From Candidatus Zixiibacteriota bacterium (GTDB lineage: Bacteria; Zixibacteria; MSB-5A5; WJJR01): a stretch of 64,000 nt of DNA. The number at the start of each line of letters is the position of its first letter. The stretch's first letter is position 1. The position numbers and the translations under genes were made by a program. The notes beneath the pieces were generated by a model. That model saw nothing but the letters and a program-made list of their open reading frames with translations, ran no database searches and was not told the DNA's origin. Location of the stretch: positions 21,622-85,621 of the forward strand of contig JBFMGX010000020.1 in assembly GCA_040752595.1 (NCBI GenBank), read 5' to 3'. Shown here one piece after another: positions 49,271-57,500 of the stretch.

Positions 49271-52200
49271 ATGACGGGGAAGATTATCAGGACGGGGATT
49301 GTGCTGGCACTGGCCGCCGCCATCGGTGGCGTGGCCGCGTGGGCAGCCGATTCTCCGCAAACAGTCGAGAAGATGATCAAACAGCGCCGGATGAAGCAGT
49401 TGATGAACACCGAGCGCTATCGCATGACGCCCAACGTTCGTTGGGGCTATCGGGTCGATGGCGGCACGAACCCGTTTGCCGCGGGCTCGGGCATGTCGAT
49501 CGTAAACGACAACGGCTACGCCGTCAACCCGATGTTCCAGGCAGCCGGTGTGCCACCGCCCGATCCGGTCGGATCGCTGGCAGTGGGCAACACCAGCTAC
49601 GACTACCAGCACAACAGCACGATGCACCACGAAGTCGGTCGGTGGGCCACTGGGACCATCGTTCACTTCACCTGGATGTTCTGGGACAAGGTCCCTCCAG
49701 ACATCGAGGACGCCGACCGCTTTGTGAGCTACAGCTCCTACACGATTGGGGGCGGGTTCAACCAGCCGTACAACGGCGTGACGATCTCTCTGGGCGTCTT
49801 TGCCCGTGGCGGTTACTGCGGCGGCGAGCCGGACGGTGACAACGCCTGGCATGCGTCGTTCCACCAGAAGGCCGAAGCGGGCAGCCCGTACTCGTCATGG
49901 CACCTGTACTTCCCGACACCGGGTTCGGCGTTGCACATCGACGACGAGTTGACCAGCACGCCGGTGTTCGGCGAGGTGCTGTGGCCGGTCGTGGGCATCC
50001 AGGAGAACGGTGCGGGAACGGACATCTACCACTCGGTATCGCACGGCGCCAACGAGGACCCGCGGGACCGCATCGTGTACTGGCGGTTCGACGGCACGAA
50101 CTGGATCGGTCCGGTGGCGATCGACTCCAACGGCCGGTTGGCCTATGTCGTCGCGGCCGATCCCAACAGCCAGAAGGTGGCGATTGGGATGTGCACGGAT
50201 CGGGAGTTCTCCAGCGGGAACCTGAACATCGCCTACTACGAGTCGCAGACCGAGGGCGCCGGCTGGATTTCCGGGACCGAACTCGGCCCGGCGAACAAGA
50301 ACATCATCACGAACTACAACAGCCCGACCGGTCCGCAGGCGTGGGGTCACACTTCGGTCCGGTATGACCTGTCGGGATACCTGCACTTCGTGTGGGACGA
50401 GCAGCGCGTGGCCAACGAGAGCTACGACATTGCCATCCGTCACTGGTCCGACTCGGCGTTCCAGATTCGTCCGGTGGCGCTGGGGTACTGGGAGAATCTG
50501 CACTCGACCGGCGCCTTCAATCTGCACCTGGCGAAGGTGACGATGGGGATCGGCGACGGCGGGACGCTCTGCCAGGGCGGTGCGTGGTCGAACAAGAACT
50601 ACGTGTATGTCGTGTACACGCAGTTGGGCGGTTCGGACCCGACCTCGCAGGCGGACGCCTCGGCGGCCGACTACTACAACGGTGAGTTGTACCTGTCGGT
50701 GTCGAACTCCGGTGGCCGGACCTGGGCGCCGCCGGTGAATATCACCAACACCAAGACCCCGGGATGCAACCCCGGCGCGACCCCGGCGGGACAGACCAAT
50801 CCGCCGCGTCCGGATGAGGTCTGCCGGTCGGAGCACTGGGCGACGATTGGCCCGTATGTGCACGACATCGACGTTTCCTTCATCGAGGACAACGACGCGG
50901 GCGGCATTCCGCAGGGTGAGGGGACCTGGCAGATCAACCGGTTCATGTATCTGCGGTTCCCGGGCGGCACGACGGATGCGCCCAACGTATGTCCGGTGAT
51001 TGCGGCGAACTACGCCGGATTCATCACGGCGATTCCGGAGTGCGAGTACCATGCGGATCGTGGTGCGACGAACGTCGAGACGTTCACGCTGATCAACCTG
51101 GGCAACGCGACGATGACCGGGAACATCAGCAAGGTGCTGGGCGCGTCCTGGTTGACTCTGGGGACGAGCGGCCCCTACACGATCAACGCCGGCGATCCGG
51201 ACATCATCTTTTCGGTGACGATGAGCGCGGTGGGGATCACGACGCAGGGGTTGTATCAGGACACGATCCGGATCACGCACGATGCGCCGAACGTGGCCTC
51301 GCCGCAGAACTATCCGATCGACTTCTTTGTGGTCGACGACTTCTTCTGCCCGCAGGACGACAACTTGAAGACGGGCGTGTACACTGCGGTGAAGGCCCCC
51401 GGGGACCACATCGGCTCATTGGAGTTGGATGTGCGCACCAACGCCCGGTTTGGGTCGCAGGACGACGAGGGCGGCCTGTGGCGGTGGGGTGACTCCAGCA
51501 CGACCATCTTCGATGCGTCGCTGCTGGTGGCGCATGGTCCGCAGCCGGTCGGGGACACGGTGGTCTATCATCGTTTCTTCGACCGCAACGATCCGGGCCA
51601 GTTCGGCTACCGCGCGCAGGGTGATCTGTTCATCGACACCGCGAAGTACACGACGGATGGCGGCTTCGCCATGGCGTGCGGGCGGATGACGACCTCAGAT
51701 TCGCTCGTCGGCGTCGTGATGGAGTGGTACTTCCCGCAGGACGCCGATTCGGACGAGTTCGTGCTGGCGCGCTACAGCTTCTACAGCTACGCCGTGGAGC
51801 CCTCCGGTGCCCACGCGCAACTCCCCGACGTGGTGGCTGGTCTGCTGGGTGACCTCGACGTGGTGCCGGCGAGCCGCTATGGCACGGTCCAGAGCGGCGT
51901 CGAGAACCAGAACGGCGGCGACCTGCTGAAGGGTCTGGTGTGGCAGCAGGGTCAGGATACCGCCGGTCACGTGCCGCCGAACCCGCTGTACACGGCGGAG
52001 CGGTATCGTGGCGGTGTCGAATTCATTGCGCCTGGAACGCTGATCGGCGCCCAGGTCGGCAACAACGTGCAGGACATCCAGCCGGGCGGCGGTCCGAAGA
52101 GCGAATGGCTCTATCGGACGTTGGTGTCGCTGTCGGGGATCAACACGCCGGCGTTGCCGGATACCGACATGTACACGATCATGACGATTGCCAAGGGTCA

Positions 52201-52603
52201 GGAGCTGGGCAATTCGCGCAAGGCGTACAAGGTCGTTGTGGCGTTCGTTTCGGACACGGTCGATGAGGCCAGCTTCAAGACGACCGCCGACAAGGCGAAG
52301 GACTACGCTGGAAAGATCGGCCTGACCGGCGCGACGACCAAAGTGGGTCTCTACAACCGCCCGCCTCACGCCAACCCGCAGTGGGACGACGTGATCAGCG
52401 TTCAGGATGTCGTGAAGACGGTGGACGTGGCGTTCCGTGGTGTGGCGGCGACGAAGGATCCGTGCTGCACGTACGCGCGGACGGACGTCAACTGCGACCT
52501 GGTGACCTCGGTGACCGACGTCGTGAAGGTGGTGAACGTCGCCTTCCGCGGCGGTGCGGACTACGGTACGGGTGGTAACTTCTGCGATCCGTGCCCGTTC
52601 TAA
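49271..52603 (+). CDS. Large secreted protein with BNR/Asp-box motif and C-terminal dockerin-like double repeat
   Basis: 1110 aa. Signal peptide MTGKIIRTGIVLALAAAIGGVAAWAADS. Asp-box SVSNSGGRTWAPP (50695-50727). The C-terminus has DDVISVQDVVKTVDVAFRG and TDVNCDLVTSVTDVVKVVNVAFRGG, resembling two dockerin calcium-binding segments. Confidence 0.7.
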   Translation: MTGKIIRTGIVLALAAAIGGVAAWAADSPQTVEKMIKQRRMKQLMNTERYRMTPNVRWGYRVDGGTNPFAAGSGMSIVNDNGYAVNPMFQAAGVPPPDPVGSLAVGNTSYDYQHNSTMHHEVGRWATGTIVHFTWMFWDKVPPDIEDADRFVSYSSYTIGGGFNQPYNGVTISLGVFARGGYCGGEPDGDNAWHASFHQKAEAGSPYSSWHLYFPTPGSALHIDDELTSTPVFGEVLWPVVGIQENGAGTDIYHSVSHGANEDPRDRIVYWRFDGTNWIGPVAIDSNGRLAYVVAADPNSQKVAIGMCTDREFSSGNLNIAYYESQTEGAGWISGTELGPANKNIITNYNSPTGPQAWGHTSVRYDLSGYLHFVWDEQRVANESYDIAIRHWSDSAFQIRPVALGYWENLHSTGAFNLHLAKVTMGIGDGGTLCQGGAWSNKNYVYVVYTQLGGSDPTSQADASAADYYNGELYLSVSNSGGRTWAPPVNITNTKTPGCNPGATPAGQTNPPRPDEVCRSEHWATIGPYVHDIDVSFIEDNDAGGIPQGEGTWQINRFMYLRFPGGTTDAPNVCPVIAANYAGFITAIPECEYHADRGATNVETFTLINLGNATMTGNISKVLGASWLTLGTSGPYTINAGDPDIIFSVTMSAVGITTQGLYQDTIRITHDAPNVASPQNYPIDFFVVDDFFCPQDDNLKTGVYTAVKAPGDHIGSLELDVRTNARFGSQDDEGGLWRWGDSSTTIFDASLLVAHGPQPVGDTVVYHRFFDRNDPGQFGYRAQGDLFIDTAKYTTDGGFAMACGRMTTSDSLVGVVMEWYFPQDADSDEFVLARYSFYSYAVEPSGAHAQLPDVVAGLLGDLDVVPASRYGTVQSGVENQNGGDLLKGLVWQQGQDTAGHVPPNPLYTAERYRGGVEFIAPGTLIGAQVGNNVQDIQPGGGPKSEWLYRTLVSLSGINTPALPDTDMYTIMTIAKGQELGNSRKAYKVVVAFVSDTVDEASFKTTADKAKDYAGKIGLTGATTKVGLYNRPPHANPQWDDVISVQDVVKTVDVAFRGVAATKDPCCTYARTDVNCDLVTSVTDVVKVVNVAFRGGADYGTGGNFCDPCPF

Positions 52604-52663
52604 TGGGGCATCAACGGCTTGGTTCGTCGAGCTGACGACACGAAGCCGGGGATTGTGAAGTCA

Positions 52664-52703
52664 AAGTGGGATGGGAGATTGCCTCCCATCCCACTTTCTG
52701 TTT
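52664..52703 (+). terminator. Rho-independent terminator after the 1110-aa gene
   Basis: Perfect 14-bp stem aagtgggatgggag / ctcccatcccactt with loop attgc, followed by tctgttt. Confidence 0.7.
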
Positions 52704-52812
52704 GGACGCGCTTGGAGTTCGACGCGAGACCAGTCGTCTCTCGACACAAGTGGCATTGCGCTATGCGGCCCCTCTCACGTTCTTGATGGGTACTGGGGTG
52801 TGCGGGCGGTCG

Positions 52813-53808
52813 ATGGACGACAGCGAGTTCACTTGGATAGCTGAGTTGGCCGCACGGTTCGGAGCGGGGGTCCTCACGGATGGCCTTCTTGGCATTGGGG
52901 ACGACGCGGCGATTCTGCCCGCTACTTCCAACTGGGTGGTGTCAGCCGATTCCCAAGTCAGCGGCGTGCACTTTGAGCCGGGATGGCTCAGTTGGCAGGA
53001 TTTGGGAAGGCGGTTGCTGCACGTCGGCTTCTCGGACATTGCCGCCATGGGAGCCGAGCCAAAGTTCGCTCTGGTGTCAGTCGAAGTCGGCCGCCAGATG
53101 ACGGCGCAAGATCGTCAGTTCTTTGCCGATGGTATTGGCCTCGCGTGCAACGACTTAACGGCTCGGCTGATCGGCGGGAACGTCTCGGCGCGGAGCGAGG
53201 GGTTCTCCGCTCATGTGACCGCGATCGGTTCGCCGCGGGGCAAGGGTCCGTTGCTGCGGTCGGGAGCCCGTCCGGGCGATGCATTGTACGTCACCGGGCC
53301 GTTGGGAGATGCCGCTGCGGGAGTCGCCATCTTGCGCGGCGAGCCGTCAACCGGTTCAGTTGGAGAAGAGGCGCTGGCAGATGCATACCGTCATCCGCGA
53401 GCTCACTGGCGGGAAGGGCTGGCATTGGCACAGGCCGACTGGGTCCATGCCGCCATCGATGTGTCCGATGGTCTGGCGGCGGACCTCGGCCATCTTTGCG
53501 CGGCCAGCGGTGTGGGAGCAGAGTTGAGTGCGGAGGCGATTCCCCTGAGTGAACCGCTGGTCGGCTGGTGCCATGACAACGGCCGGGATCCGCTCGAGTT
53601 TGCGCTGGGCGGGGGCGAGGATTACGTCTTGTTGTTTGCCGCCGATCCCGACGAGACCCGGGAGAGAGAACTGCGGGCGCGATTCGGGGTATTCTCGGGC
53701 CAGATCTGGCGGGTTGGCAAGATCACATCGGACAGACAGATGAAGATGATCCGCGCCGGCGAGGAAGAGTTATTGCCGCCGCTTGGGCACGACCACCTGG
53801 CACGATAG
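52813..53808 (+). CDS. thiL: Thiamine-monophosphate kinase
   Basis: GIGDDAAILP, VVSADSQVSGVHF, GFSDIAAMGAEP, IGGNVS and AIDVSDGLAADLGHL (AIR-synthase-related fold). Start trimmed to ATG 52813. Confidence 0.85.
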   Translation: MDDSEFTWIAELAARFGAGVLTDGLLGIGDDAAILPATSNWVVSADSQVSGVHFEPGWLSWQDLGRRLLHVGFSDIAAMGAEPKFALVSVEVGRQMTAQDRQFFADGIGLACNDLTARLIGGNVSARSEGFSAHVTAIGSPRGKGPLLRSGARPGDALYVTGPLGDAAAGVAILRGEPSTGSVGEEALADAYRHPRAHWREGLALAQADWVHAAIDVSDGLAADLGHLCAASGVGAELSAEAIPLSEPLVGWCHDNGRDPLEFALGGGEDYVLLFAADPDETRERELRARFGVFSGQIWRVGKITSDRQMKMIRAGEEELLPPLGHDHLAR

Positions 53809-54563
53809 ACCCGCACCAAAGCCGACCGCCCGGTGCCTGATCGCTCCGGTATCTGCTTCCCGATTAAGATCAGATTTCCGTCGGCCCCGGGGTCAACCGG
53901 GGTCAATCTGAGACTGCATCATCTGTGCAGGACATTGCAATGTCCCAGCACGAACCGCACTACGGATCAGGGCAGGTCGCTGATTGTCGGAACATCAACG
54001 GGTTGTGCGACAATCAGTTATCCTGCGAGCGCCGGGGCGTGTGCAGAATCACGACGCACGCGGATCGGAATGCGACATTGGCACAGAGGATGCGAAAGAA
54101 GCGGTGCTCAGTGTCTTTGAGTGCGATGTTCTGTCGTGGCTGTTGGGTCAAGTGATTTCGGAAACGTTCTTGACAACTCAATGAAAAGCATTATCATAAA
54201 TGACAGCGGCGCGACCGGCATGGCTTCGGTGACGGGGTCAGGCGGGTGCGTTGCTTGTGAAACCGCGAGACCGTGGTCGATCGGCGACAGAGCGGCGGGA
54301 TCGCGGGGATATGACCTGCAGCCCAGTGTAGCGTTCCTCACACGCGACCCCGCGTCGTTGATGTCGGCTGGCTTTGTTCGTCCGTGGCCTCGAATCATAA
54401 CGCCGCAACTGCCTATTGAATCTTGCGAGAGCAACCACAGAGACCGTGACCAGCAATATGCGGGTGGTGGTCTTGGTGAGTCTCTTCGGCTTGGGCGCAA
54501 ACACGATTGTCAGGATAGGATGGCAGACTTAACATAACTCTCACAGATGAGGAGGAACCAGGA

Positions 54564-57500
54564 ATGAGACGCGTACTGTTAATCGCCTTCGTGCTGGCCT
54601 TGGTGGTGGCGCCGCAGGCGATGGCGGCCAACGTGGTCGTCGCGGACTCAAAGGTCTTCACCAAAGCCCAAGACTTCTGTACCGTTGGCGTCTGGGTCAC
54701 CAACGACGTCGACCTCGTGGGATTCGTGCTGCCGCTTGAGCTGCGTGCTGATGGCGCGGTGCCGTCGTACCCCGCCGCGGGGCTTGTCTTCCGGGCGCTG
54801 ACGAGCACGCCTGGGCGGCGTGTGCCGACCAGTCCGCTGAAGGGGTCGGCATTGCTGCGGACCATGGGCGCGCCGGACGCGAATACATGTAGCGGACCGG
54901 TGTCCAGCACGTACTCCACAAACGCCTCGTTCGACGGAATCAGCCCCGATGGTTTCTTCTGGGCGGGCGTCAGCACCAGTGGACCGCCCGATCTCTTCGT
55001 GCTGCCGCCGGGTACGGACAGTGTGGCGGGCCAGTTTGTCGATTGGCCGTTTGAGGGTGACGTGACCGACTATTTGGCCGCGCCGTCGTTCTTCTTCAAG
55101 TTCTCGACCGCGGACCAGGACGGGTGCTTCTACGTTGACACCTGTTGCGTAACGCCGGCCAACCACTTGGAAGCGGTAGACGTAAGCGGTCCTTCGGTGC
55201 CGTTCGACTTCGTCATGGGGAAGATCACGGTCGGAGCCGGCTGCGAAGTTGTCAACCAGCCGCCGAATGCGATCTGCCAGAACGTCAACAAGAACACCGA
55301 TCCCGACTCGTGTACCGCGGAGGTAACGGCGGCGGAAGTCGATAATGGATCGAACGATCCCGATGGCGATCCGATCACGTTTGAGTTGGTTCCTCCGGGG
55401 CCTTATGCCACGGGTGTGACCAACGTGCAGTTGGTTGTCAGCGATGATCATGGAAACAAGGACACCTGCGACGCGACGGTCACAGTGACGGACGCGCAGA
55501 AGCCGGTCGTGACCGACTGTCCGGCGCCGATCGTGCTTAGCAACGATGCCGGTCAGTGCAGCAGGGCGAACGTAACCTACAGCGTTACGATCATCGATAA
55601 CTGCCCCGGCGCGACGTTGGCCTACAATCCTCCGTCGGGCTCGACGTTCCCGGTCGGCGTGGACACAGTCTGGGCGATCGGGACCGATGCGGCGGGGAAC
55701 ATGGACTCGTGCTCGTTCACTGTGACGATCAACGACACGGAAAAGCCGGTGATCGTCTGTCCGGCTGACATGCACATTCCGAACGACCCGGGTCAGTGCG
55801 GGGCGACCTTTACGCGTGGGTATACGGCAACCGATAACTGTGCTGTTACTTACATGAGCGTCGATCCGGTGAACGGGTCATTCTTGCCGGTGGGCGACAA
55901 CCTCATTACCGTCATCGCCAAAGACGATGCCGGGAACGCGGACACGTGCTTCTGCCACGTGTTTGTCGACGACACCGAGAAGCCGGTGGCGCTCTGCCAC
56001 GGTGACACGACGGTTGTGATTCCGAACGGCCAGACGAGCGCGGTCGTGAACTACACGACGCCGGATCCGACCGACAATTGTCCGGGCGCGACGACTGTCT
56101 GCAACCCGCCGTCGGGATCGACATTCCCGTTGGGGCCGACGCTTGTGACCTGTATCGCCACAGACGCGGCCGGCAATGAGGACACTTGCACCTTCACGAT
56201 CACCGTTCAGGAAGAGCAGCCGCAGGAAGTCCCGCCGGTGGCGATGTGCAAGAACGTGACGGCGAACGCCGACGGCGACTGCCAGGCAAACGCCTCGATC
56301 GATGACGGGTCGTATGACCCCGACGGCGGCGCGGTGACGCTCGAGCAGATTCCGCCGGGACCATACTCCTTGGGCGCTACGCCGGTCATGTTGATCGTGA
56401 CCGACGATGAAGGCGACAAGGACACCTGCGAGGCGACGGTGACGGTGGAGGATCACATTCCACCGCACGTTGCGTGTCCTCCGGACCAGAGCATCGAGAG
56501 CAGCCCAGGTGAATGTGGGACGAACTACGGATTCGGGTATGCGTCGATTGACAATTGCGACCCGAACCCGACGGTTGTCGCCTCACCGCCGAATGGGTCA
56601 TTCCTGCCGGTGGGGGACAACCTGATCGTCGTGATCGCCACTGACGCCTCCGGGAACGAGGACACCTGCCAGTACCATGTCATCGTCCATGACGGCGAGG
56701 CGCCGGTGATCGAGCGCCCGCAGGTCGCTATGCAGGTCAACAACGACATCGGCCAGTGCGGCGCGATCGTCAACTACGATCTGAACTCCACCGACAACTG
56801 CGCGGTCGTGGGTGAGACATACGAGCCGCCGTCGGGATCGTTCCTGCCGATTGGCTTGACGGTCGTCCGCTGCATCGCCACGGATGCCGCCGGTAATGAA
56901 GACACGTGCTTCTTCAACGTGTATGTCAACGACGTCGAGCCGCCGGTGGCGAGCTGCTCGCCGGACATCATCCGCGACGCGGGCGTGTTGGATACGGTCT
57001 CTTGGGTTTCGACCGCGACCGACAACTGCCCCGGCGCCAAGATCGACTCGTGCGTGCCGCCGTCGGGTTCGGTATTCCCGATCGGCACCACGCCAGTGAC
57101 ATGCTACGCCTCCGACGCCGCCGGGAACACGGATGAGTGCCAGTTCAACGTCACGATCCGTCCGGCAGCGGGACCGCAGGTCTATGTCGATCCGCACGAG
57201 TTGCTCTTTGAGGGGCAGGAGTGCTGTGTTCCCGATAAGACTCCGCCGGAATGCATCAATCCCGATCCGCAGCGTGTTAATGTCTACTATGGCACGCCGC
57301 CGGCGAAGATCAGCGGAGTACCGTGGTACACCGAGGAGAACATCCCCTGGCTGTATGTCAGCCCGCCGAATGGGATGACCGAGTCGTTCTTTGACGTGTA
57401 CGTCGACGTGGCTGGCCTGATTCCGGATCAGTACAAGGGCACGATCTACGTTTTCGAGGGGCCGACGAAGGGCATTGACCCCTCCGATTCGGTCGTAGTG

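Noticed and set aside
54079-54094. TGGCAC-N5-ATGC as a functional sigma-54 promoter for the giant gene.
   Set aside because: The -12 element is imperfect (ATGC rather than TTGC). It lies ~470 nt from the ATG, and it is a single occurrence. It is kept only as a note inside the leader finding.
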